A stretch of DNA of 64,000 nt from Octopus vulgaris. Lineage: Eukaryota. This document shows, in pieces, positions 29,330 through 40,760 of this stretch. A program made the position numbers and the translations under genes. Each line of letters starts with the position of its first letter. Position 1 is the stretch's first letter. The notes beneath the pieces are model-generated. The model was not told the DNA's origin and did not search any database. It saw nothing but the letters and a program-made list of their open reading frames with translations. Where the stretch lies: NCBI GenBank assembly GCA_951406725.2, contig OX597826.1, positions 22,382,001 to 22,446,000 on the forward strand. Direction: 5' to 3'.

Positions 29330-29683
29330 TCGACCTCAGCGCTCAACTGGTACTTATATTATCGACTCCGAAATGATGAAAGGCAAAGCCGGACGAAATA
29401 CCGCTAAGCATTTCGCCCAGCGTGCTAATGATTCTGCCTGCTCGCCGCCTTAAACAACGTAAATATATTGATTTTAAATGTTGGCACAAGGCCAGCAATT
29501 TCGATGGAGGGAGTAAGTTGATTGCAACGACCCCAGTACTCAACTGGTACTTATTTCATCGACCCTGAAAGAATGAAAGGCAAAATCGACCTCGGCGGAA
29601 TTTGAACTTAGAACGTAAAGACAGACGAAATACCGTTAAGCATTTCGCCCAGCGTGCTTACGATTCTGCCAGCTTGCCCCCTT
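29330..29683 (-). mobile_element. Two tandem family-1 SINEs
   Basis: Reverse complement of family 1. Confidence 0.85.
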
Positions 29684-29827
29684 ATGTTGTATAATACATG
29701 TGTATAAATGTGTGTATTTGGCATATTATATGTGTATAAACGTGTGACCTTTAGCCAATACTGTATATTATGACGTATATAAACATCACAGCATCTTCTT
29801 GGAGAGAAAACGAAGGAATAGCTGTCC

Positions 29828-29866
29828 CAGTTGTACGTTTCAACTCTGGAGTTTCCTCAGCAACTG
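29828..29866 (-). ncRNA. Intact minimal type I hammerhead ribozyme motif
   Basis: Minus strand: CAGTTG CTGAGGA AACTC-CA-GAGTT GAAAC GTA|CAACTG. All core bases and stems are intact. Confidence 0.85.
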
Positions 29867-30501
29867 AGCACCTTCCTTAACTATCTCCTAACTCACATCG
29901 CTTAAAGTCTCATTGATATTAACGGTTAAAGTAAACTGAGTGTATCAATTTGCATATAAAGCACATTCTTGGGTGTTACTTCAAATATTAAATCTCTGAT
30001 GTGTCAACAGTGTTTCATTGTAGCACATTACTAGGAACGTAAAAATACTAATTGCTAGAGTAAACAAGAAGACTGAGCTAAAAGCGTAATAGTAGTAGCT
30101 ACAAATACATGTTTCACAATGTCTTTACAGGGTATTCAACGGTTGATGAAGGTTTGTAAGCTAGAAATGGCATTGTCCTGTTCATCCCTCTTTTACTGAT
30201 GAAGTGCGTGAGGTCGGCCATGTCTCAATAAGCAAGAAAGACATTCATGGGTATCTCTTGTATCTAGTAAATTCAATTAATTTCTGAACACAATAACGGA
30301 TAAAATCTTTGGCTATACTCCATACTAACGTTTAGCTTATACATACATACATACATATATACACATACATACATACATACATACATACATACATACATAC
30401 ATACAAATGTATGTATATATATATATATACATTTGTATGTATGTATGTATATATATGTATATGTCCGTATATTTCTATCTCTCTGTCTATCTAAGTATGT
30501 G

Positions 30502-30531
<30 letters not shown>

Positions 30532-30534
<3 letters not shown>

Positions 30535-30915
30535 GCGCAGGAGTGGCTGTGTGGTAAGTAGCTTGCTAACCAGCCACATGGTTCCGGGTTCAGTCCCACT
30601 ACGTGGCATCTTGGCCAAGTGTCTTCTGCTATAGCCCCGGGCCGACCAATGCCTTGTGGGTGGATTTGGTAGACGGAAACTGAAAGAAGCCTGTCGTATA
30701 TATGTATATATATATAAGTGTGTGTGTATATGTTTGTGTGTCTGTGTTTGTACCCCTAGCATTGATTGACAACCGATGCTGGTGTGTTTACGTCCCCGTC
30801 ACTTAGCGGTTCGGCATAAGAGACCGATAAAATAAGTACTGGGCTTACAAAGAATAAGTCCCGAGGTCGATTTGCTCGACTAAAGGCGGTGCTCCAGCAT
30901 CAAATGTAATACAGT
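30532..30915 (+). mobile_element. tRNA-derived SINE, family 2 (near complete)
   Basis: AGGCGCAGGAGTGGCTGTGTGGTAAG...GGTTCAGTCCC head, internal microsatellite, GGCGGTGCTCCAGCAT tail. Confidence 0.85.
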
Positions 30916-31039
30916 CAAATGTAATAAGAAGACTTAACTTCATGACTTAAAGCTTCGTGAAACGCCCATCTTAGTATCTGATGAAATGAGTGTCCCCTAC
31001 AAACCCATGAAACTTTAAGCCATGCAGAGTTGAGTCCGA

Positions 31040-31073
<34 letters not shown>

Positions 31074-31082
31074 TTCGCCATA

Positions 31083-31271
31083 ATAGATCGCTAGCCACTA
31101 CACATTCTTTATTTTCTCTCCTTGTTTCTTTCTGCGTTCCTTTCTGTGGAAGAGCGCAGGCTCGAAACGTTAAAGACTTTTTCACTTCCCAAGCGTTATA
31201 CTAATACATCTGTTTATTGTCTACACCACCTGTCTTCGTCTTTTGTTTGTTGTTTTTTGTGAATTCTCCCT
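31083..31271 (+). mobile_element. HHR-bearing element, family A
   Basis: Aligns with the other family A copies. Confidence 0.85.
31140..31175 (+). ncRNA. Minimal type I hammerhead motif, A6U core
   Basis: CTTT CTGTGGA AGAGC GCAG GCTC GAAAC GTT|AAAG. Confidence 0.75.
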
Positions 31272-32087
31272 ATATATATGCACACACACACACACACACA
31301 CATATATATGCGTGGTGTGTGTATGTATATATACATACATAATTCCGGAATTCCTCATGAGAAGTGCGTGAGGTCGGCCATGTCTCAATCTCGTGTGTAC
31401 TGGCACATCCTTAGCGCTGCCTCTAAGTTATGTGTTTATATGTGCAGCTTCCCTTCTTTTTTCCCTTCTTCTTTTCCTCTTTTTTTTGGTTATAAACAGT
31501 ATAAGAGCATGTTATCAAAAATGAGCCTACATGCATCCAGATGTAGCTACATAATATATTGATTATCAGCCTCCAGCCTGTTGTTAATTGGGGCCCTAAG
31601 TCTGTGTTTGAATATAGCTTCCTTAATTCTTAAATTACCCAAATTTCTTTCATTGACCTCAATTGTGACTGACTATTTATGAATTAACTTTTAAAGGTCA
31701 AAATATCACAACCTACAAATGTGAAAAGGGCACTTATCTTTTCAAGCGACGCAATCTCTACGATAACCAGAAACTGTCAACTACTTCTACAAATATACTG
31801 CTCAATATCTGAACAAAGTTATCGTTAATTATCTTTAAGCACATTTCAAAAGTAATTTCTAAACTGATTTGTTATAAGTTGTTGTACACTAATTTGTTAC
31901 AATGTTTCGTATACGAATGTGTCTATGAAAATGCGGTAGTAAGTAGCTTGCTTACGAACCACATGGTTCCGGGTTCAGTCCCACTGCGTGGCACCTTGGG
32001 CAAGTGTCTTCTACTATAGCCTCGGGCCGACCAAAGCCTTGTAAGTGGATTTGGTAGACGGAAACTGAAAGAAGCCCGTCGTATATA

Positions 32088-32125
<38 letters not shown>

Positions 32126-32224
32126 AAGTGAGATAGGGGTTATGAGTGTAAATAAATTATATGAATTGGTATTATCTGGAAGTTGATGATTGAAAGAAAC
32201 CTATTCCTCCATTTTCTTATTTTG

Positions 32225-32259
<35 letters not shown>

Positions 32260-32264
32260 TTCTG

Positions 32265-32730
32265 TGTTATGGGCTACTGCAAATATTCTGCTCAATACCA
32301 CAGATTTGCTTGTCAGTTTTTTTACCTTAACCAATTGACCATGTCCCTTGGTGGCTGATGATATGTGCATCTCTGATCACGAGCAGAAGTAGTGGGGGAG
32401 CATCATAGCCATGTTTGAGTGGAATTCTTTGGGGCTTGGGTAATTCACCCTTGGAAACATGGGTGTTTCGTTCATCACCCTTAAACAAACCTTATTCAGA
32501 GACCTTTTGAGCGGGATGGGCTACTCGACCTGAAGAAAATTGTAACTGAGCCTCACCTGCAAGGTCATGTGCTGTTTATCCTTATATGAGATCACCATGT
32601 CGCGCACATATGGTTGTGATGCATGTGCCTGGTGTACCCTTAATAGACGGGTAGTCATGATGGGTATACTGGGCTTCGTATATTTTACCCCAGTGTCACT
32701 TTGATGACATGCTCTGCTCTCTCGCTCAAT
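32265..32730 (+). mobile_element. SINE-like repeat ending in (AAT)n
   Basis: GC-richer block with a simple-repeat tail. An inverted fragment recurs at ~36050-36120. Confidence 0.6.
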
Positions 32731-32805
32731 GATAATAATAATAATAATAATAATGATGATGATGATGATGATGATGATGACAACAACAACAACAATAATA
32801 ATAAT

Positions 32806-32836
<31 letters not shown>

Positions 32837-32974
32837 ACACAGGCACGTACCACTTACACTCACATATACACACATACAGATTTTCGGTAATTTCTGTCCC
32901 TTTGACGCACACATACAAACACTTTTGTTTGTTCCGTGAGTAATGTTGCACGTGAATTCCCTGGTCACAAACCG

Positions 32975-33650
32975 ATGACTCGGATTCTGTGATTGTAATC
33001 TTTTTGTGGGCCGATGGTGGATTGCTTGAAACTTCTCAGTATTGAACTGCATGTAATTTTCATCAGCCCACCTGTATATCGCAATCAAGTCTTTCTGCAG
33101 TTTTTGTATGTCATCAGAGTCCTTGACCACCTGGAATACTTTTATATCGTCAGTATAGCTGGTGTGAGTATAGTGGCTGATTGTATGGCTGTGGGCCATC
33201 ACAAGCTGTAGTGGCCCTAATACAGTTCCTTAAGGGACTCCGCCGAGAACTGATGTGTTCCCCAGAGAGATCACCACTGATTACAACTGTCTGACCTTTC
33301 CCTTTTAAGACCTCCTGCAGCCACTCTCCCAGTTGTCCACTGATACCAAGGTCACGTAGTTTGTGACGTATCATCTTATGATGAACTTTGAGGAAGGCCT
33401 TGGTAAAGTCGAGATATAGCACACTCACATTTGAGTGGTTGAACTGCTGTTTCAGTATCCAGTCTTAATGCTATAGAAGGTGTATGAGGCAGTTCCTCCT
33501 TGGACGGAAGCTATGCTGCGTGTTTGTGAGGAAGTTATTTTCTTCCGGGAACGTGATCAGCTTCCTTCTGATAATGTGTTGCTTGACATTGCTAACATGT
33601 GAGGTCAGAGAGATAGGCCTGTGATTTTTAGTATCTACTCTGTTCACAAA
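32975..33650 (-). mobile_element. CR1-like LINE reverse transcriptase remnant
   Basis: YLDFTKAF.KVHH, LGISGQLGEWL and YTDDIKV motifs on the minus strand. Confidence 0.85.
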
Positions 33651-34569
33651 GGAGGCCTTTGTGAACCTTCCTTTAACCTTATACCTTCTTTTAACATTCT
33701 GGGAAGTTTACCACATGCAAAGAAACTCTTTAAAAAAAGTATCCGCAGTGGTTTTGCGAGTGCTTTCTAGCATGTCTTTAAAAGAACAACCGGAAGATCC
33801 ACCTGAGTGGAGTTCATCTCATCAATGGCTGATTTCTTTATAAACAGCTTTTCATTCTGACCTCTTTTCAGAGCTATCCTAGAGTAGTTGGAAGCTTTAT
33901 CTAGTGGTAGGTTGTAAAACTACATTCTCCCTTCCTTCATTTTTTTCCCTCAGTCGGGTTTTTGTATGTCATCAGAGTCCTTGCTGTTATGATAATTCTC
34001 TTTCTTGCATACATTGTGTAGAAAACACGTACATATATATTTACCAGACACACATTTATTTATCTATATTTTATACATATCTACAACAACACACCACAAT
34101 AGTACATTTCTCTAATTATTAGTAAAATCCTCATTATATTAATCATACAGAACTTTGCTCCAACTTAACTACTTAAATAATCTTCTGATCGTCTTCTAAC
34201 GAGAACAAACTTGTCGATTAAAAAAAAATCTTTATCTCTTTCTTTTTCACCATCCAACAACTTTATCCCAATATTTTCTTCTACATAACATGAGGTAACT
34301 CGTCTTTGTTATCTCGACAACAATCGATACAATGTTATATAATTCAATGAGCTGCTATTGAGTCGTTGAAGACCTTCTTTTTACAGGAACTTATCGATTG
34401 AGATGCTTGAAGAAGTAGTAGTCAGTTGGAGAGAGAGAGAGAGCTGAAATAGGCCTGGTGATGTAGACTTTCATAGCACAGTAAGTTTAATTCCTGCGGT
34501 CATTTCGAGACACGTTGTAGTGGAGCAAAATTGGTTCGTTTCAGATGACCGATGCTTGGCGGAGTTGAG

Positions 34570-34883
34570 ACCTCCTTCAGTCATGACTGACCGTGGGATT
34601 GCACCTAGAAAGTTACCCTCCCAGGCACAAGTTCGGGCAAGGTTGTTTATGGAAGACCAGCAGTCGCCCATGCATACCGGCCTCCCCTCTCCACGCCAAG
34701 GGAAAGGCAACAGCAGATGCAGCTTGGCACCTGTGACATCGCAACTCATTTCTACAGCTGAGTGAACATGAAACAAAGTGTCTTGCTCAAGAACACAACG
34801 CAGCCCGGTCCGGTCCGGGATTCGAACTCACAACCTCATGATCGTAAGCTCGACTCTCTAACCACTGAGCCATGCGCCTTCAC
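34570..34883 (-). mobile_element. tRNA-derived SINE
   Basis: Minus-strand head with TGGCTCAGTGG (A box) and GTTCGAATCCC (B box). Confidence 0.8.
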
Positions 34884-34884
34884 C

Positions 34885-35250
34885 TTGGCAGAAATACCGC
34901 AATTATTGGTGAATTTTGTCGATTTCTTGACAATACATTTTTTTTCTCTTCTGTGATGGTTTTGCCTGGATTAAAAAAAAAATAGTGGATGATTCCATTT
35001 GCTGACCAGAATGCAGTGACCACATCCCTTGTTTGATAGTGCTTCGGATTAGTAAAGTATTTTGGTGGTTCACCTCGATCCACCCGCTTCATGGAAAGCT
35101 GTCGGTTGCCATACTGAATCCATTTTCGTCACATGCCACAATTCCATCAAGAAATGGATCGTTTTCTTTGTTATTGTCCAAAAGACTCTTGCAGCAAACT
35201 TCGTGTCGGTTATTCTCAGGATTTTCGTCCAGCTCGTGAAGCATCCATTT
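34885..35250 (-). mobile_element. Mariner transposase fragment
   Basis: DPFLDGIVACDE...VTAFWSANGIIHYFFFNPGKTIT. Confidence 0.85.
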
Positions 35251-36574
35251 ATCTTTTATCATTTATTTTTTAATTCAGTCATTTGACTGCGGCCATGCTG
35301 GAGCACAGCCTTGAAAGGTTTTAGTCGAACAAATCGATCCCAGTACTTACTTTTCTTTTTTAAAGCCTACTACCAATTCTGTCTTTTTTGCTGAACTTCT
35401 GTGTTACAAGGACGTGAACAAGCCAACATCGGTTGTCAAGCGGTAGTGGGGGACAAACAAAAGGCATACACACGCGCACCCATATATACATATAATATAT
35501 ACGACGTTCCCATCAATGAAATCCATTTTCAAGGCTTTGGTCAGCCCAGGGCTATAGTAGAAAGCACTTGTCCAAGCTGCCACTTAGTGGGAATGAACCC
35601 GGAACCATATGGCTGGAAAGCAAATTTCTTTCCACACATTCGCACCCATTTGTTGAGCTTTGTTTCTTCTTTTGAACAAATTGAACAAATGTTGAATAAC
35701 TATTGAGTGGTTATCGTTTAGTTTATGTGCAAAACCCTCCAGTTGTTTTGCATTGGTCCACTTCAATGACGGCCTTCAATTGCTGAAGTACGTCTACGAT
35801 TTGCATCATTTTCAAAGACTCTTGCTTCAACTACGAAAGTTTTGGAACAAATGTTGAAAAATACGTTTGTTGATGGTCTTCTGGTTAAATATTTGGTTGA
35901 TATTGCAAACAACATTTGCTCTCTTGCTTTCCATTACGCTGTGTAACACGATTTTTGTCCTTGTGTAGCAACTGTTATTTCCTATTTGCTTTAACCCTAG
36001 AAAGTATGAAAAATGGCTATTTCCTTCACATTTTGCTTTTGTCACATTTATTAAAACCCCAAAGAATCCCTCTCAACACTTGGCTACGATGCTCCCCCAA
36101 CGGTCTAACTTCTGCTTCTTGGACTTTAGCGCACCTCTAGTTTTTAATAATCATTTCTGTCACAAGATTTAAGTAGCGATTTGGAAAAATAAAACCTAGC
36201 ATTTATAAGCAAAGAAATTAAAAAGATGCAAGAATTGTTAAAATTCAACATCCAGATCTTTATCGCTGTTATTCGTTAATTTTCAACAATGGAATATAGT
36301 TTCTGTATTAAAAACCAGCATGTGCGTGTGAGAGAGTGTGTATGTAATTCCAATATATTTACGCACCATGCCCCATCTTAGACTTCAGTTTTTGAAAATT
36401 GAAAATTGTCGAGTTAAACATTAGTGTAGGAAAAAATTAGCTTGGAATCCAACAGAGAAAAGAATATTAATCATCAAACACCAAAAATTATCCAAATATC
36501 TTATTTGCAATCTCAATTACAGTCGGGTCAAAGTTGAGGAAAATCTCAGACTGGGCGATGTGTATGTTTATGAG

Positions 36575-36790
36575 CAAAACACTAAATTCCACGCGGCTCT
36601 GACAGAAGGTAATGGCGAACATCTGCTGACACTTTTGCCACAAATTTCTCTCACTCTTTCCTCCTGCATCTTGCGGCTCATCTGCGACGAACCGGCTTTC
36701 CGTCCAGGTGGGGAACCTATACGCCAATGGGACTGGGAAAACCGGTCCTTATGAGCCAGGCATGGCTCCAGAAGGAACAAACAGCAACAA
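36575..36790 (+). mobile_element. SINE 3' portion
   Basis: Shares GCCACAA.TTTCTCTCACTCTTTC with the SINE at 27731-27977 and has an (AAC)n-like tail. Confidence 0.65.
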
Positions 36791-36819
36791 GGAAAAACAA
36801 GAAATCAGAAACTACTCAT

Positions 36820-36874
<55 letters not shown>

Positions 36875-36876
36875 TA

Positions 36877-36988
<112 letters not shown>

Positions 36989-36993
36989 CACAG

Positions 36994-37025
<32 letters not shown>

Positions 37026-37194
37026 TAATAGTTATCGCCATACTAATATGGCAGTCTATAAACATAAGACTAAAGCTGTCGCTCATTAGCTCCAAGAGGC
37101 CATCGCCTCTAGCTAGCTATATGACACACGAACCTGCGTACATTACAACCTTCGAACAGGGGAGGTCAGCCGCTTCACCTTGCTAGTCAGACAT

Positions 37195-37235
37195 CTGCAG
37201 ACATGTTTCAGGGTTGTTGCTCTTTATCAATGCAG
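37195..37235 (-). ncRNA. Minimal type I hammerhead, U3-A8 variant
   Basis: Minus strand: CTGCA TTGATAA AGAG-CAACAA-CCCT GAAA CATG TC|TGCAG. Confidence 0.75.
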
Positions 37236-38078
37236 CGTGTCGCTACTGACCGCCTGTTCGAAGATTTTATTTACCTAGTTACAGTGGAATACATCCACTT
37301 GTTTTCAATAATAGAAATATTAAAATTACTAAGTCTCTCTACAGGAGATTACGGCAGCGTTACTGGATATTAATAGTTATCGCCATACTAATATGGCAAC
37401 AACAGAAAAAACTAATATGTGTGAAAATATAAAAATATATATAAATTAATAAAAGGTATAATGAGATAAAAAAAACTTTTTGGGACATAATATAGAAAGC
37501 AAGTTCTATCTGTTTTCTTTAGGGGACCAAAAACGTAACAAAAATTTAGCCACATGTGGGCATGATCCGAAAAGTTCTGTCCTTGAGTTTACACATGCAG
37601 TAGGGTCTAAGCTGCTTTTCCAGATAAGCCATCTGTCCATGTCGCATAGACCGCACCTTCCGCTGCCGTTGGTGTAGGGCTTACATTTGGCCAAAATCTT
37701 CCAATGGATGTTATAATCGACACCTTTATCTTTTAAAAACCAAATATGATTAGATAATTTTCTCGCTTTTCTTTTTTATTGAACCTTGAAATTACCCTTT
37801 GTAATTTCTTCGTCGAAACGGTGTCTTTAGTGGTTATAGAGTCCACGGTAGCTTCATAGATGATGGTCTCGGACATCCAAGCTCCATTTAGCGGGCACAA
37901 TTTTTTTATTCCTGCATGAACAGCTATCTTCTTGCTGTGGTTATGTGTGATTATATTTTTAAAATTGGTAGTAGAACTAAAACTAATTTTTAAATTGTGT
38001 TTATTGAAGAGTTTCCTATAAGTATGGTTAACTGGAAAATATATAACGGTATTTTTTCATAGCGTTTTTCAGATGGCC

Positions 38079-38141
38079 AGATAACCGAAGAGATGGTGTT
38101 GTAGATTTCCACTTCGGCATCTGAAACTCAGAGTTTTATCT
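38079..38141 (+). ncRNA. Type I hammerhead motif (U4C, decayed long stem II)
   Basis: AGATAA CCGAAGA GATG...CATC T GAAAC TCAGA GTT|TTATCT. Confidence 0.6.
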
Positions 38142-38232
38142 TGACTAAATGTAACATTATTTTATAGATAAATTTCCTCTATTTACATAATATTGAGGTC
38201 TCTTTCTTTCTTTTGTTATCTTACCGTTTTTA

Positions 38233-38289
<57 letters not shown>

Positions 38290-38680
38290 GAAATATTAAA
38301 ATTACTAAGTCTAACAATTACGGCAGCGTTAATGGATATTAATAGTTATCGCCATACTAACATGGCAGTGTATAAACATAAGACTAAAGCTGTCGCTGAT
38401 TAGCTCCAAGAGGCCATCGCCTCTAGCGTCCATTACAACACTTCGAACAGAGGAGGTCAGCCGCTTCACCTTACTAGTCAGACATCTGCACACATGTATC
38501 AGGGTTGTTGCCATATTAGTATGGCGATAACTATTAATGTCCATTAACGCTGCCGTAATCTCCTGTAGAGAGACTGAGTAATTTTAATATTTCTATTATT
38601 GAAAACAAGTGGATGTATTCCACTGTAAATAGGTAAATAAAATCTTCGAACAGTAGCGACACCTGCTGGTTCTGACTACG

Positions 38681-38721
38681 CTGCATTGATAAAAGGCAAC
38701 AACCTTGAAACATGTCTGCAG
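38681..38721 (+). ncRNA. Intact minimal type I hammerhead, U3-A8 variant
   Basis: CTGCA TTGATAA AAGG-CAACAA-CCTT GAAA CATG TC|TGCAG, with palindromic CATG loop III. Confidence 0.85.
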
Positions 38722-40145
38722 ATCCCTAACCTTTTAATCCTTCTGGTGGCGTACGGCACCCCAAAAATTTGATATAGTTTTTAAAGTGGGATTATATTCA
38801 AATAATTGCCATTTCAGAGTCATGGCAAGAGTTTTGTTTCTTGTTGCTTAAGGGAAGTAATTTGAAGAGTTAAGTCAAGGCAAGAGTTGGTAAAGTAAAG
38901 TAATTTAAAGGAATGTTAGTTGTTAGAGTTACTTCCCTTAGAGTGTGTTTTATATTTTTGGATTTCAAGTGATATTTTTGCCTTGAAATATCGTAGATGT
39001 GTCTTAAATTAGGCAGGTATAATATATGGACGTAATAGTATGGAAGTGAAGTCGACTTCGACGAAAATTGAGCTCGGAACATTAAGTCTGATTAAATACA
39101 ACTAACTCATATATCTTTCTTTGAACATCAGAAACACAAGTATGTGTGTGGATGTCTCTCTCTCTCTGATTCAATGTATCCATCAGAAAAGGGCAGATCC
39201 CTAACCTTTCTAATACCCTTTTAATCCTTCTGGTGGCGTACAGCACCCCGTCCATAGTTTTTAAAGTGAGATTATATTCAAATAATTGCCATTTCAGAGT
39301 CATGGCAAGAGTTTTGTTTCTTGTTGCTTAAGGGAAGTAATTTAAAGAGTTGTTGGTTAAAGGAAGGAATTTGAAGTCAAGGCAAGAGTTGTGTTTCTTG
39401 TTGCTAAAGGGAAGTAATTTAAATGAATGTTAGTTGTTAGAGTTACTTCCCTTAGACTGGGTTTTATATTTTGGGATTTTAAGTGATATTTTTGCCTTGA
39501 AATATCGTAAATGTGTCTTAAATTAGGCAGGTATAATATATGGACGTAATAGTATGGAAGTGAAGTCGACTTCGACGAAAATTGAGCTCGGAACATGAAG
39601 TCTGATTAAATACAACTAACTCATATATCTTTCTTTCAACACACAGAAACACAAGTCTCTCTCTCTCTGATTCAATGTATCCATCAGAAGAGGACAGATC
39701 CCTAACCTATCTGATACCCTTTTAATCCTTCTGGTGGCGTACGGCACCCCGTCCATAGTTTTTAAAGTGAGATTATAATCAAATAATTGCCATTTCAGAG
39801 TCACATGGCAAGAGTTTTGTTTCTTGTTGCTTAAGGGAAGTAATTTGAAGGGTTGTCAAGGCAAGAGTTGTGTTTATTGTTGGTAAAGGAAAGTAATTTA
39901 AATTAATGTTAGTTGTTAGAGTTACTTCCCTTAGAATTGGTTTAATACTTTTGGATTTCAAGTGATATTTTTGCCTTGAAATATCGTAAGTTACTTTCCT
40001 TTACCAACAAGAAACAAAACTCTTGCCATGACTCTGAAATGGCAATTATTTGAATATAATCTCACTTTAAAAACTATGGACTACTCTATATCAAATTTTT
40101 GGGGTGCCGTACGCCACCAGAAGGATTAAAAGGGTATTAGAAAGG
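38722..40145. repeat. ~480-500 bp tandem repeat (about 2.6 units) plus an inverted piece
   Basis: GATCCCTAACC recurs at ~38721, ~39197 and ~39697. The ORF track shows duplicated translations. Confidence 0.9.
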
Positions 40146-40760
40146 ACGTAATAGTATGGAAGTGAAGTCGACTTCGACGAACACATATATATCTATGTAT
40201 CTGCATATGAGTGTGTGTGTGTGTGTGTGTAGTGAATGCTTCTGTGTGTTGGGCTCTGCATACGCGCACGTGTGTAGTGCTTGGGTGGTGTTACGGTTAG
40301 AGTTACTTGTCTATTTGCATTCTTTCTATTTCGTGTTTTAAGTGTGTTTTCTGTGTTTTCAGTCATTGTGTGCGTATTGTGGTTTTTTTTCAGTTTTTTT
40401 TTAGTGTTTTGTGTGTGATTTGTGTGTGTTATTTGTGTTTTGTGTCGGTCTGGTGTATGTTTTGTGTGTGTTTTGTATGTTTTTATGTGTTTTGTGTGTG
40501 GTGTGTATTTTGAGTTTTATGTGTCTTTTAAGTCTCTTTTGTGAATGTTTTGTTTGTTTCCTTTGTTTTTTGTGTGTTTTGTGTGTTCTTTGTGTTTATG
40601 TAATTTTTGTGTTTGATTGGCTTTTATGAGTTTTTTGTGTGTTTTGTTTACTTTCTGTGATTTTTCTGTTTTGTGCGTCGTTTGTCTTTTGTGTTTTGTT
40701 CTTTTGTGTGGTTTTGTTTGTTTTGTGTATTTTGTGTTTTCTGTGTCTTTCGTGTTTCGT
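40145..40760. repeat. Left arm with T/G-rich low-complexity tract (inverted homologue of 49140-50250)
   Basis: GGACGTAATAGTATGGAAGTGAA.TCGACTTCGACGAACAC is found inverted at ~50210-50251. Confidence 0.8.

Larger units (their letters stand above)
37021..38721 (-). mobile_element. Penelope-like retroelement remnant with tandem and inverted pseudo-LTR copies
   Basis: Minus strand 37500-38050 reads KLFNKHNLKISFS, CPLNG....IIYEATV, LSNHIWFLK...WKILAKCKPY...CGLC...NSRTELFGSCPH (C-terminal GIY-YIG EN region). Terminal repeats lie at 37021-37405, 38286-38511 and, inverted, 38504-38721. Confidence 0.85.

Noticed and set aside
30140-30180. TTGATGA AGGTTT..AAGCT AGAAA possible hammerhead
   Set aside because: 3-8 pair, stem I and cleavage triplet are not convincingly present.
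30931-31037. CTGATGA...CCCAT GAAAC inside an inverted repeat (possible type III HHR)
   Set aside because: No stem I could be formed, so it is kept only as an imperfect palindrome.
31870-31915. Minus-strand GAAAC ATT GTA ACAAATT hammerhead 3' half
   Set aside because: The 5' core is absent, with a SINE directly adjacent.
34820-34883. tRNA-like A/B boxes (also at other SINE heads)
   Set aside because: Attached to SINE bodies with no complete cloverleaf, so not tRNA genes.
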